In this document: positions 11,200-21,118 of the stretch, one piece after another
Numbering within the stretch: position 1 is the stretch's first letter
How the letters are laid out: each line of letters opens with the position of its first letter
From: an uncultured Gemmatimonadales bacterium
GTDB lineage: Bacteria; Gemmatimonadota; Gemmatimonadetes; Gemmatimonadales; Gemmatimonadaceae
Assembly: GCA_963793305.1 (NCBI GenBank)
Contig: CAWBZV010000003.1
Location: 672,001-736,000, forward strand
Direction of reading: 5' to 3'
Length of the DNA: 64,000 bases
Program-made: the position numbers and the translations under genes
The notes under the pieces: generated by a model
Databases searched by the model: none
What the model was told of the DNA's origin: nothing
The model's input: the letters and a program-made list of their open reading frames with translations, nothing else

Positions 11200-11589
11200 T
11201 TACCCGACCGACGCGACCTTGAGGCGCTCGTTCAGGACTCGACGCATGCGCTGCAGCGTCGCCGGGTCATCGAGCTCGTCTTCGACGACGTGCGTGAGCA
11301 TCATCGCCGCCGAGCCGCGAAACAGTTTCTGCTTGAGATAGCGAATGCTCAACGTCGCGGCTGCGCGGCGGCTGACCGTTGGGGCGAACCGATGGGCCTT
11401 GCCTTCAACGGTGTGCGTCACATGGCGCTTGGCTTCGAGCACACGGAGCACCGTGAGAACAGTCGTATATGCGAGCCGGTCGGAGAGGCGTATCTGCACC
11501 TCGGCCGCTGTGGAAGGGCCATGCTCCCAGAGCACGTTCATCAGGTCCAACTCGCGATCGGTAAACACTACTTCCGAGAAGTCCACCAT
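11200..11589 (-). CDS. BlaI/MecI/CopY family transcriptional repressor
   Basis: TDRELDLMNVLW...LAYTTVLTVLRVLEAK...LFRGS. Confidence 0.92.
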   Translation of the reverse strand: MVDFSEVVFTDRELDLMNVLWEHGPSTAAEVQIRLSDRLAYTTVLTVLRVLEAKRHVTHTVEGKAHRFAPTVSRRAAATLSIRYLKQKLFRGSAAMMLTHVVEDELDDPATLQRMRRVLNERLKVASVG

Positions 11590-11823
11590 AACACCTCTTA
11601 CGCGGTGCTCGAAATTCGAGTTTCAGTACTCTAGTTAGACGCGCAAAGCGGCGATTTCGTTTGCATCGAGTGCAAATCCCTGCGGGATTTCCCCTCGGTG
11701 CGAGCTGGGCCTGTGCGTGGCACAGTCCCAGGTTGCACCGATGCGCGCGGTTTGATCGCACCGATGCGCCGAGTTTGGGACGAAACTGTCCCACTATCGA
11801 ACACTCAACGAAATACGTGCAGC

Positions 11824-12441
11824 TCACCTGACGTTCGCAAGCGCCGTTCCCTGCCTGATGCCATGACTCGTAGAGTCATCATATGCGATCTGTGCAGCCC
11901 TCGTCGCGGCCGCCTCATCGCGCGACGCATACTCTGCCGCCGTATGCAGCTGATCACACGACCGCCCATGAATTCGCTCCAACGCCTGCGCGAGCTGCTC
12001 GGCTCCCCCGAGCGCAATCGCCCGGTGACCAAGCTCATGCCGCTCGAGCGCGCCGAGAAACCTTTCCCACTCGGCCCTCAACGCGGCCGAAGCATCACGT
12101 GGGATGTCCCATACCGGGAGGATTATCGTCACGTCGAGCGCGACTGTGACGTCACTGATACGACATGACCGCCCGTCACTCCGGTATTCGAGCGACGCCT
12201 TCCTGTCAGATCTGGTCAGCGCTGGCGCGATCTCGTCCGCATCATGCGGCCCAAGCGCCTGCATCTGCGCGGCGAGCGCTTCAGTCGATGCACCGTGAAT
12301 GACATATCGCTCATATCGGCGCGTCTCGTGTACGCCCACAGGCGACGGGACGAGCGCGACGAGCGCCGCGCGCGGGATATCAGAAGGCTCCTGGGCCGAG
12401 AGAGCCCGGGAGAGGCAGAGTAGGAAGATCAGCGTTCGCAT
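11824..12441 (-). CDS. DUF922-like secreted protein (putative Zn peptidase)
   Basis: Signal peptide; Y.IHG.S, LP.W, LERHELGH (HExxH), QIAYD..T.HG..QG. Confidence 0.75.
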   Translation of the reverse strand: MRTLIFLLCLSRALSAQEPSDIPRAALVALVPSPVGVHETRRYERYVIHGASTEALAAQMQALGPHDADEIAPALTRSDRKASLEYRSDGRSCRISDVTVALDVTIILPVWDIPRDASAALRAEWERFLGALERHELGHRAIALGGAEQLAQALERIHGRSCDQLHTAAEYASRDEAAATRAAQIAYDDSTSHGIRQGTALANVR

Positions 12442-12517
12442 CGGGACGTCCACCGAACTCGTAGGTTTGCTCCGCAACCTGCAAGTTCGATCGGTTGCAC
12501 GAGCTCGCTGCGCTCGC

Positions 12518-13486
12518 TTACGCCACGCGATCCCTCGGCGCCTTCCCGGCGAAGAACTGCACGAGGTTATCGATGGCCCGCTCACCCATGGCGACACGGG
12601 TGTCGGTGGTCGCGCTGCCGAGGTGCGGCAGCAACACGACGTTATCGAGTCCGAGCAGCGCGGGGGTCACGGTCGGCTCCTTCTCGAACACGTCGAGCCC
12701 CGCCCCGGCAATTCGCTTGGCCTTCAACGCCTCGGCCAGCGCCAACTCGTCGACCACGTCCCCTCGCGCGGTATTGATCAAGATCGCGTGCGGCGGCATA
12801 AGCGCGAGCGTCTGGGCGTTGATCATGTGCCGCGTCTCGGGCGTCGCGGGCGCATGCAGCGACACAAAATCGCTCTCGCGTAGCACGTCCTCGATCGAGG
12901 CCCGCGGCTCTGCTCCGAGCGCCTTGGCTTCCCCAATGGGTACCGGTGGGTCGAAGTAGAGCACGCGCATATTGAATCCGTCATGCGCGCGTTTCGCCAC
13001 CGCCCTGCCAATCCGCCCCAACCCCAGGATGCCGAGCGTCTTGCCGCTGACCCGTGTGCCGAGATGATGCGTCGGCCGCCACCCGGTCCACGCCCCAGAG
13101 CGCACCTCGCGCTCACCTTCGCCCAGCCGCCGCGCGGCCATGAGCATCAGCGCGATGGCCAGATCGGCGGTGTCGTCCGTGAGCACATTCGGCGTGTTCG
13201 TCACGACGACATTGTTCTTCTGCGCGGCAGCAATGTCGATATTGTTGTACCCGACACCGAAATTGGCGACGATTCTGACCCGTCGTCCCGGAGTACCGAG
13301 AACAGCGGCCGTGATCTTGTCGGTCACCGTCGGCATGAGCCCATCAGCGCATTGCATCGCTTCGACTAGCTGCGTCGCACTCATGGGCGTGTCTGATGGA
13401 TTGAGCCGCACATCAAACAACTCCCCGGCGTGCTTCTCGACGGCAACGGGTACGCGCCGGGTGATGACCACGATTGGTTTGCTCAC
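12518..13486 (-). CDS. D-glycerate dehydrogenase / hydroxypyruvate-glyoxylate reductase
   Basis: [37 protein letters not shown]; last gene of the sgaA operon. Confidence 0.9.
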   Translation of the reverse strand: MSKPIVVITRRVPVAVEKHAGELFDVRLNPSDTPMSATQLVEAMQCADGLMPTVTDKITAAVLGTPGRRVRIVANFGVGYNNIDIAAAQKNNVVVTNTPNVLTDDTADLAIALMLMAARRLGEGEREVRSGAWTGWRPTHHLGTRVSGKTLGILGLGRIGRAVAKRAHDGFNMRVLYFDPPVPIGEAKALGAEPRASIEDVLRESDFVSLHAPATPETRHMINAQTLALMPPHAILINTARGDVVDELALAEALKAKRIAGAGLDVFEKEPTVTPALLGLDNVVLLPHLGSATTDTRVAMGERAIDNLVQFFAGKAPRDRVA

Positions 13487-14364
13487 GCCAACACCCTCGC
13501 CATAGTCGTGCCGAGCTCGGACGGACTCGGCGCCACCTGCAGTCCCGATGCCCGCATAATCTCGGCCTTCTCGGCCGCGCTATCGCCAAACGCCGAGATG
13601 ATGGCCCCCGCATGCCCCATGCGCCGACCGGCGGGCGCCGAGAGACCCGCGACATAGCCGACGACGGGTTTCGTCATGTTGCCCTTGACCCACTGCGCCG
13701 CCTCGGCCTCCTGCGGGCCGCCGATCTCGCCGATCATGAGCACGGCGTCGGTATCGGGGTCGTTCTCGAACAGCTGCAAAATGTCCAGAAACGACGACCC
13801 GTTGATCGGATCGCCGCCGATGCCGACGCTCGTCGAGACGCCAATGCCGACGGCCGCCATCTGCGACGCGGCTTCGTAGCCGAGGGTACCGGAGCGCGAG
13901 ACGATGCCGACGCGGCCGGGGCGATAAATGTGGGGCGGCATGATGCCGATGAACGCCTTGCCCGGGCTGATGATTCCGGCGCAGTTCGGGCCGATCAGCG
14001 TCGAGCGCTTCTCTTTCGGATAGCGCCTGAGATAGCGCTTGACGCGCATCATGTCTTGCGCCGGGATGCCGTCGGTGATCGCGACGATCAACCGGAGTCC
14101 CGCGTCCGCGGCTTCCATGATGGCGTCGGCCGTGAATGGGCCGGGGACGAAGATGCCACTGGCCGTCGCACCGGTCGCCGCGACGGCGGCCTTCACCGTG
14201 TTGAACACGGGCAACCCTAAGTGCGTCGTCCCGCCTTTGCCCGGCGTCACGCCACCCACGAGACGTGTCCCGTAGCTAATAGTCTCTTTCGCGTGAAACG
14301 TCGCCTTGTCGCCGGTATACCCCTGAAAAATTACCGGCGTGGATTGATCAATGAGTATGCTCAT
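13483..14364 (-). CDS. mtkB: Malate-CoA ligase alpha subunit (SucD family)
   Basis: [42 protein letters not shown]; next to mcl and sgaA. Confidence 0.82.
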   Translation of the reverse strand: MSILIDQSTPVIFQGYTGDKATFHAKETISYGTRLVGGVTPGKGGTTHLGLPVFNTVKAAVAATGATASGIFVPGPFTADAIMEAADAGLRLIVAITDGIPAQDMMRVKRYLRRYPKEKRSTLIGPNCAGIISPGKAFIGIMPPHIYRPGRVGIVSRSGTLGYEAASQMAAVGIGVSTSVGIGGDPINGSSFLDILQLFENDPDTDAVLMIGEIGGPQEAEAAQWVKGNMTKPVVGYVAGLSAPAGRRMGHAGAIISAFGDSAAEKAEIMRASGLQVAPSPSELGTTMARVLA

Positions 14365-15556
14365 GGACGCGAGGTGATGCCCCATTAAGAGAGACGCGGT
14401 GCAGCGCATCGACCGCCTTGGCCGCGGCATCGGCCAGCGTGTCGGCATTCGTGATCGCGAGGCCGCTCTGTTTAAGAATCCGGCGCCCTTCGTCGACGTT
14501 GGTCCCGGCCAGCCGCGCAATGATCGGAACGGTGAGTGACAGTTCTCTCGCGGCCTGCACTACACCCTGCGCGACCCAGTCACACCGGTTGATACCGGCA
14601 AAGATGTTCACGAGCACGACTTTGACGTGAGGGTCTGATAGCACGAGCCTGAACGCGGCCGCGACACGCTCTGGTGAGGCACCCCCACCCACGTCCAGAA
14701 AATTGGCTGGCTCGGCCCCGGCGAGCTTGATCATATCCATAGTAGCCATGGCCAGCCCCGCACCATTGACAATGCAGCCGATCTCCCCAGTGAGCCCCAC
14801 GTAATTGAGGCCATACTTCGATGCCTCGGCCTCCCGGGGATCCTCTTCGGTGTAGTCGCGGAGCTCCCGGACCGTAGGCCGCCGAAACAGCGCATTATCG
14901 TCGAACTGCATCTTCGCGTCGAGCGCCAACACGTGCCCGTCTTGCGTGACGGCCAACGGGTTGATCTCGACCATCGTCGCGTCGAGATCCCGGAACGCCC
15001 GATAGGCGCCGAGGATCGCGCGTGTAGCGTCCGGGACTTGAGTCGCCTCCAGCCCGAGCCCGAAACACAGCTCGCGCGCTTGGAAGGCCTGCATGCCGAC
15101 CGCCGGCTCGATGACCTCGCGCACGAGCGTCTCCGGCCGCTGCGCCGCGATGTCCTCGATCTCCATGCCGCCCTCGGCCGTCGCCAGCACGCACACCCGC
15201 TCGGCGCGGCGATCGAGCACGAACCCGACATAAAGCTCTCGCGCGATCGGGACCGCGGCCTCGATATAGAGTCGCTGAACGAGCTTCCCCTTGGGGCCTG
15301 TTTGCTTGGTGACGAGCACGCGGCCCAAGAGATCGGCGGCCGCCGCATGCACTTCGTGCTCGGTCGAGCAGATGCGCACGCCGCCCGCTTGCCCGCGCCC
15401 GCCCGAGTGGATCTGCGCCTTGATCACCCAGCGATTGCCGCCGATCTCGCGCGCGCAGTACACGGCCTGGTCGGCCGTATACGCGACGTTGCCGCGGGGG
15501 ATCGGCACGCCAAAGTTGGCCAGCAGCTCTTTCGCCTGGTACTCGTGAATGTCCAT
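14348..15556 (-). CDS. mtkA: Malate-CoA ligase beta subunit (SucC family)
   Basis: [47 protein letters not shown] (MtkA-type rather than SucC NIFGGI); operon context. Confidence 0.85.
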   Translation of the reverse strand: MDIHEYQAKELLANFGVPIPRGNVAYTADQAVYCAREIGGNRWVIKAQIHSGGRGQAGGVRICSTEHEVHAAAADLLGRVLVTKQTGPKGKLVQRLYIEAAVPIARELYVGFVLDRRAERVCVLATAEGGMEIEDIAAQRPETLVREVIEPAVGMQAFQARELCFGLGLEATQVPDATRAILGAYRAFRDLDATMVEINPLAVTQDGHVLALDAKMQFDDNALFRRPTVRELRDYTEEDPREAEASKYGLNYVGLTGEIGCIVNGAGLAMATMDMIKLAGAEPANFLDVGGGASPERVAAAFRLVLSDPHVKVVLVNIFAGINRCDWVAQGVVQAARELSLTVPIIARLAGTNVDEGRRILKQSGLAITNADTLADAAAKAVDALHRVSLNGASPRVHEHTH

Positions 15557-15558
15557 GA

Positions 15559-16455
15559 TCAGCTCCCTGCTATCTGGACCACATTCTGAGCCATCCGCGC
15601 CGAGGCGGCGTCGATCATTTTGCCATCGAGCTGTGCGGCGCCTTTGCCGTCCCGTTGCGCCTCTTCGACCGCGATCAAGATTCTCCTGGCCCGGTCGACC
15701 TCGGCCGGTGTCGGCGTGAACACCTCGTTGGCCAGCGCGACCTGGGTCGGGTGGATCGCCCACTTGCCCTCGGCCCCCAACGCCGCCGCGCGCCGGGCAG
15801 CCGCTACGAATCCATTGGGATCCTTGAAGTCCCCGAATGGTCCATTGATCGGCCGCAACCCATAGGCTCGGCATGCAGTGATCATGCGAGCGAGGCCGAA
15901 ATGCCACTGGTCGCCGGGGTAATCGGGATTGAGCCCGCCAATACTGACCGTTCTCGCCCGAAGACTCGCGGCCAGGTCGGCTACACCGAAATGCATAGCT
16001 TCGAGCCGCCGACTCGATTGCGCGATGGTCTCGACGTTGGCGAGCCCTAACGCCGTCTCGATCAGCACCTCGATGCCGATGCGCTTCGCGAACCCCTTGG
16101 CGTCTTCGATCTGCGTGAGCATGGTCTCGACCATGTACACGTCACCAGTCGTCCCGACTTTGGGGATCAGCACCGTGTCGAGCCGGTCCCCAGCGGCCTC
16201 AATGACCTCGACGACGTTGCGATACATGTAATGCGTATCAAGGCCATTGATCCGGAGCGACACGGTCTTTCCGCGTCCACGCCAGTCGTGCTCTTTGAGC
16301 CCCGCGACGGCCAGCGCGCGCGCACCAACCTTCTCGGCCGGCGCCACGGCGTCCTCGAGATCGAGGAACACGTAATCGGCATCGGAGGCGAGGGCCTTGG
16401 CGAACAGCTCCGGCCGCGAGGCCGGCACGGCCAACTCGCTCCGCTGGCGCCTCAT
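15559..16455 (-). CDS. mcl: L-malyl-CoA/beta-methylmalyl-CoA lyase (CitE family)
   Basis: [48 protein letters not shown]. Confidence 0.88.
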   Translation of the reverse strand: MRRQRSELAVPASRPELFAKALASDADYVFLDLEDAVAPAEKVGARALAVAGLKEHDWRGRGKTVSLRINGLDTHYMYRNVVEVIEAAGDRLDTVLIPKVGTTGDVYMVETMLTQIEDAKGFAKRIGIEVLIETALGLANVETIAQSSRRLEAMHFGVADLAASLRARTVSIGGLNPDYPGDQWHFGLARMITACRAYGLRPINGPFGDFKDPNGFVAAARRAAALGAEGKWAIHPTQVALANEVFTPTPAEVDRARRILIAVEEAQRDGKGAAQLDGKMIDAASARMAQNVVQIAGS

Positions 16456-17660
16456 GCCGCGGCCTTGACCGCGTTCGCGTCAACCTTCGCGTGCGTCACG
16501 CCATGACGCCAGAACTCTCCCGCGGCGGCGACGCCCGACCCCGGAGTGACGTCGATACCGACGTCGCGCATGGCCATCTCGGAGCCCGCGATCGCGCTCA
16601 TCAGCATGAGCTCGTTCAGATCGCCGAGGTGCCCGATGCGAAACAGCTTTCCCGCGACCTCGCTCAGTCCCGCACCAATCGCGAGGTTGTACTTCTTGAA
16701 GGCCACGTCGATGACGTCGGCCGCGTTGTATCCAACGGGTGTCATGATGGCGCTCACGGTATCCGAGTACCATTTCGGATCCTTCGCGCAAAGCTTTAGT
16801 CCCCACGCGCTCACCGCACGCCGTGTCCCCTCGGCCAACCGGTGGTGTCGCGCATACACATTCTCCAGTCCCTCCTCAAACAGAATGTCGAGAGACTCCC
16901 GTAGCCCATACAGGAGAGGGATGGACGGTGTATAGGGGAAGTAGCCGGTTGCATTGGCCTTGATCTGATCGGCAAAATCAAAAAACACACGGGCGCACTT
17001 GGCAGTCGACAGTTGCGCCAATGCTTTCTGACTCATGGCCACGAGGCCGAGTCCAGCGGGTAGCATGAACCCTTTTTGCGACCCAGTAATGGCCGCATCA
17101 ACCCCCCATTCATCCATGAAGAAGGGCAAGCTGCCAATCGCGCTCACGCCGTCGACGTACAGCAGCGCCGGATGCTTGGCGGCATCGATCGCCCGGCGAA
17201 CCGCTGCTATGTCACTGGTGACACCAGTGGCGGTTTCGTTGTGCACGACGAGCACGCCCTTGATCTCGTGCGCGGAGTCCGCGCGGAGAGCTTCTTCGAT
17301 ACGCTCGGCCGGTGCTCCTTCACCCCACGGCGTCTGCATGACGTCGACCTTGAGCCCGAGCCGCTGCGCACAGTCGATGAAGAGATGGCTGAACTGCCCA
17401 TAGCGCGGCGCCAGGAGCCGATCGCCCGGCGAGCGCGTATTGACGAGCGCAGCCTCCCACATGCCAGTACCGGTGGCCGGAAACGCGAACGCCTGCCCGC
17501 TCTCGGTGCGAAAGACCTTCTTGAGGTCTTCAAAGATCCCTTTTGGCAGCGCGGGGAACGCCGAAGACCGATGGTCCTCCATCGCCCGATGCATTGTTCG
17601 CAGGATGCGATCGGGAACGTTCGTGGGACCGGGGACAAAGAGATGGTTTCTGCCGGGCAT
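16452..17660 (-). CDS. sgaA: Serine-glyoxylate aminotransferase (class V)
   Basis: GRNHLFVPGPTNVPDRI, HNETATGVTS, TGSQKGFMLP, GYFPYTP, FRIGHLGDLNE. Confidence 0.93.
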   Translation of the reverse strand: MPGRNHLFVPGPTNVPDRILRTMHRAMEDHRSSAFPALPKGIFEDLKKVFRTESGQAFAFPATGTGMWEAALVNTRSPGDRLLAPRYGQFSHLFIDCAQRLGLKVDVMQTPWGEGAPAERIEEALRADSAHEIKGVLVVHNETATGVTSDIAAVRRAIDAAKHPALLYVDGVSAIGSLPFFMDEWGVDAAITGSQKGFMLPAGLGLVAMSQKALAQLSTAKCARVFFDFADQIKANATGYFPYTPSIPLLYGLRESLDILFEEGLENVYARHHRLAEGTRRAVSAWGLKLCAKDPKWYSDTVSAIMTPVGYNAADVIDVAFKKYNLAIGAGLSEVAGKLFRIGHLGDLNELMLMSAIAGSEMAMRDVGIDVTPGSGVAAAGEFWRHGVTHAKVDANAVKAAA

Positions 17661-17673
17661 TGTCGCCTCTAAG

Positions 17674-17715
17674 GTGAGAGAGGGCCCCCCCGCGCGTGCG
17701 GGGGGACCCTCTCAC
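17674..17715 (-). promoter_or_regulatory. Strong GC stem-loop directly upstream of the sgaA ribosome-binding site
   Basis: GTGAGAG-AGGG-CCCCCCCGC / GCGGGGGG-ACCC-TCTCAC inverted repeat, no U-tract. Confidence 0.55.
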
Positions 17716-17732
17716 ATAAGTATTCGCGGCTT

Positions 17733-17921
17733 CTATCGAACCAGCTGTTCGACCTCCGCGGCCTTGCAATGGTCTTCGTGGTCCGGATACGCTCTGCTGC
17801 AGTGCACGCACACTTCGCCAAATCCGGTGCGTTTCCAGACGAGATAGTACACGGCACGCTGCAGCGATTTGATGCGCTCGTTCAGCTGCTTCAGGTCGGT
17901 GTCGCTGTCCGGGGGAGTCAT
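17733..17921 (-). CDS. 62-aa protein, coiled coil + CxxC...H..HC putative metal site
   Basis: Protein-like composition, fills the gap between DUF393 gene and sgaA. Confidence 0.6.
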   Translation of the reverse strand: MTPPDSDTDLKQLNERIKSLQRAVYYLVWKRTGFGEVCVHCSRAYPDHEDHCKAAEVEQLVR

Positions 17922-17968
17922 GTCCTAGAGTATCACCATGGTGAAAGTGGCGGTAGTACCCGAACGTG

Positions 17969-18361
17969 TCATAAGAAGCGCGCTCGTAGCTCAGGCGTAG
18001 GAATCATGCACGACGAGCGCCGGCCAAACCAGCGGTAACGGTTCCGTGCAATAAGCCGATAGACGGCGTCACGCAAAACCCTCGGCACGACGAGGAACGC
18101 CGACGCCAGCGACCAGGCACCGCTCAATCGCCTCGCAATACGCAATGCAGCCGTCGATTGGTCATAGATGGCGTCTTTCTCGACCAGAATGATGCTGTCA
18201 CTGGTGGCCGTGGCCCGCCGCTCCCGCAACAGCTCGTTCGCGGCGTCACTGCCCAATGGCGCGAACGCAAAGCGGGCGTGCGGGTCCCGTTGAATGACAA
18301 ACCGCACCGACGCGTTGCACAGATTGCAGACGCCATCGAACAAAATTACCGATTCGGCCAC
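17969..18361 (-). CDS. DCC1/DUF393 (YuxK-like) thiol-disulfide oxidoreductase
   Basis: ILFDGVCNLC, RDAVYRLIARNRYRWFG...C. Confidence 0.92.
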   Translation of the reverse strand: MAESVILFDGVCNLCNASVRFVIQRDPHARFAFAPLGSDAANELLRERRATATSDSIILVEKDAIYDQSTAALRIARRLSGAWSLASAFLVVPRVLRDAVYRLIARNRYRWFGRRSSCMIPTPELRARFL

Positions 18362-20784
18362 GTCAGATCTAACATAGACGCGCGTCGCGGTCGGGGCTCG
18401 GGGACGTTCGGGCCCTTGACCGCGCGCCACAGCACCGTATTGAACAAGGCCTCGTCGTTCTGATCTTCTTTCTCTAACCGCAGTCTCCGCGAGAGCGCCG
18501 CCAACGGACCCTTTGGCGGATTGATCTCGTCGAGCGACGTTGTCGGCTGGATGGCCGTATAGGGCGTCGTATCGGCCACCGATGTGAACGCCTCCATCAT
18601 CGGCCGGCCATAGTGGTCGAACTGGGACAGCGATCCCAGGTGCAACAACCCTTCCATAGTTGCGATCGCATCCGTCGTATTCGCGAACCGGTGCTGCACG
18701 CCGGCGTGCGAGTAGGGCGAGATCACCAGGACCGGCGCACGGTGCGAGTCGACGTGATCCGCGCCAGCTTGCGCGTCGTCCTCGAGCACGAAGATCACCG
18801 AGGTCTTCCAGAAGGGCGTCTTCGACAGTGCCTCCACCATGCGACCGAGGGCGTAGTCGTTGTCGGCCACCATCGCGCGCGGCGTGTGCATGCCCGGCAT
18901 CCCGCCTGCCGTGTGATCATTGCCCAGGTGCATGATCTCGAACGCGGGCATCGAGCCCTGCTGCACGTATTTCTGAAGCTCGGCGATCCAGATATCGGCG
19001 CGCTTCTGGTCCTGGATCGTCAGGTCGAACGCGGGGAAATCCGGATTCGTGTTCTTGGCCAGCGCCGGCTTATCGCCCTGCGCCGGGCCATGCCACTGGC
19101 CTTCCTCGGCCGTCCGCCCGTTCTCGACGACATACTCGCCGTAATCACGCAGAGCCAGATGCTTCGCGGCGACGAGATCCCAGATATATCCTGCGGCGGG
19201 CGCCGAGACGTTGTCGCCGTCCTTCGGCACGACGTCCTTGTTGGCGCCCTCGTAGTCGTACGTGCGACCGCGGCCCGAGTAGTTCGACTCGACCGTCTTT
19301 TCGACGTAGTCCGGGGCATACGCGCCCGTCGACCAGATATGGCCGTCGGCGCTGACCTCGGCGTTCACGAAAAATCGATCCCAGATCCCATATCGCTCGG
19401 CCAGAGCGTGATTGTTCGGCGTGACTGACTTGCCAAAAAACACGATCGACGTGTCGCCATCCGCCTCGGCTAGATCTCCGAACACCTGGTCGTAAGTCCT
19501 GTTCTCTCTGATCACGTACAGGACATGCTCGATCGGCGGATAGGTCGGCGCCGCTGTTTGGGTGTTCCAGCCGTTGGCCTTCGCCACTCGCGCCGAGTAA
19601 TCGCCGAGCGCCGCGGGCGCGGCGAATATGCTCAGCGTCCCGGAGAGCTGCCCGAGCGTATAGCCATACGGGTTGCCATTTTTCGCATGCGGCGACGGAC
19701 GGTTGGGCCCCGGCCCACTCGTGGGATTCGGCGCGGTACCGTGCCCCTTCCCATTCACCACATAGAGCGTGTCACCCGGCAGCGCGCTCACAATCGTCGG
19801 ATACCAGTCGACGGGAATCCGTCCGATGACGGAGTCGGTCTTCAGGTCAACCACAGCGACCGCATTGTTGTCGGCCTCGGCAACGAACAACCGCTGGCCA
19901 GAAATGGCGACCGCGTTCGGCGTGCTGCCCTCGGTGACACCAGGCGCGGGGTCATCGATGTGCTTGGTGACCGTGAGCGTCTTGGTGTCAACTACGTCGA
20001 TGCGGTCAGTGCTGGCCGAGACGACGTAGAGCTTATCGCCGTCGAGTAGCATCGAAGAAGGGTGCCGCGAGACGGTGATCTGCTTGTTCTGCGGGAAGAC
20101 CGACACGGTGTGGCCGCCCCAGGCGGAGACGAACACTGTGCCGTTCTTGGCGACGGCGACCGCGTATGGGTACTTGTCGGTCGGGAAGCGATGCCGTACG
20201 CGGTGTGTGGCGAGATCCACGACCGCGAGGGAGTCGCCCAGGTTCTCGGCCACATACAGCGTCTTGCCGTCGGGCGAGACGCCGATCCCCGCCGGGTAGC
20301 GGCTGCCACCGGGGTCCGCCCACCGCTTCCCAGCCTTCACGGCCGCCGCACGGAGCTTCGTCGTATCGGGCTTGGGCTGCAGCACGATGCTATCACTGAG
20401 CGTCGCGGTGTCTCCGCGCCATGCGTAGACGTAGATCTTGTCCTCGTTCCCGCCCGACGCGTAGAGCGTCGAGCCGTCCGGAGAGAACGCGAGACCCAGG
20501 AACGCCGCCGGCTGGACCAGCGTCTGGACGATTTCGCCGGTGTGCCGGTCGACGACCTGGACGCCCTGTTGTCGCCACCCGTCGAGCGAGAGGATGAGCC
20601 GCGTCGTATCTGGCGACCAGATCGCGGCGAGCGGCAGCGGACCCAGGTCGTGGCCCGCGACAATGGGATCGAGCGTTGCGCCGGTCGGGAGCCGCACGCT
20701 CTCTTGTTCTTCAGTAGACGGCGTCGCGCTGCTGGCCGTGCAGCCGGCGAGCGCCAGGAGGACGAGGGCGGAGGGGAGGCGCAT
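18346..20784 (-). CDS. YVTN/YncE beta-propeller + phosphoesterase lipoprotein
   Basis: Lipobox LAGC; propeller repeats; IEHVLYVIRENRTYDQVFGD, EDDAQAGADHVDSHR. Confidence 0.88.
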   Translation of the reverse strand: MRLPSALVLLALAGCTASSATPSTEEQESVRLPTGATLDPIVAGHDLGPLPLAAIWSPDTTRLILSLDGWRQQGVQVVDRHTGEIVQTLVQPAAFLGLAFSPDGSTLYASGGNEDKIYVYAWRGDTATLSDSIVLQPKPDTTKLRAAAVKAGKRWADPGGSRYPAGIGVSPDGKTLYVAENLGDSLAVVDLATHRVRHRFPTDKYPYAVAVAKNGTVFVSAWGGHTVSVFPQNKQITVSRHPSSMLLDGDKLYVVSASTDRIDVVDTKTLTVTKHIDDPAPGVTEGSTPNAVAISGQRLFVAEADNNAVAVVDLKTDSVIGRIPVDWYPTIVSALPGDTLYVVNGKGHGTAPNPTSGPGPNRPSPHAKNGNPYGYTLGQLSGTLSIFAAPAALGDYSARVAKANGWNTQTAAPTYPPIEHVLYVIRENRTYDQVFGDLAEADGDTSIVFFGKSVTPNNHALAERYGIWDRFFVNAEVSADGHIWSTGAYAPDYVEKTVESNYSGRGRTYDYEGANKDVVPKDGDNVSAPAAGYIWDLVAAKHLALRDYGEYVVENGRTAEEGQWHGPAQGDKPALAKNTNPDFPAFDLTIQDQKRADIWIAELQKYVQQGSMPAFEIMHLGNDHTAGGMPGMHTPRAMVADNDYALGRMVEALSKTPFWKTSVIFVLEDDAQAGADHVDSHRAPVLVISPYSHAGVQHRFANTTDAIATMEGLLHLGSLSQFDHYGRPMMEAFTSVADTTPYTAIQPTTSLDEINPPKGPLAALSRRLRLEKEDQNDEALFNTVLWRAVKGPNVPEPRPRRASMLDLTWPNR

Positions 20785-20799
20785 AATGGGTTCTAGAGT

Positions 20800-20967
20800 T
20801 TAGTCCGGAATGGCGTCGTCCGGATCCTCTACAGGCGGTTCGTGCAGGTCCTGATCGCGGAAATCCGATCCGCGCTTCGCGCGCCCTGGGGTCTGGGGAA
20901 CAGACGGGTACGGCTGGTTGGGGCGCTGGGGCTTGGGGGTTGGGCTCGTCTTTTTGGGCTCTGGCAT
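20800..20967 (-). CDS. 55-aa Pro-rich hypothetical protein
   Basis: GGAGG Shine-Dalgarno upstream of ATG; MPEPKKTSPTPK...EPPVEDPDDAIPD. Confidence 0.55.
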   Translation of the reverse strand: MPEPKKTSPTPKPQRPNQPYPSVPQTPGRAKRGSDFRDQDLHEPPVEDPDDAIPD

Positions 20968-21118
20968 GGGCCTGGTCCTCCGGTGTGCAAGCCGACAGGT
21001 CGCTGGCGTCTCCCAGGCAGACGCCGCTCCGCGGCACGTCAATGCAGGCTGCGCCTGCTCGACTGGTCTGTCCGACAGAGCTCGGCTGCGCCGAGCTCAA
21101 TCGCTCTGGGGGAACGTT

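Noticed and set aside
13483..15556. Annotation as TCA-cycle sucCD
   Set aside because: MtkA/MtkB-type motifs and position between mcl and the reductase favour malate-CoA ligase.
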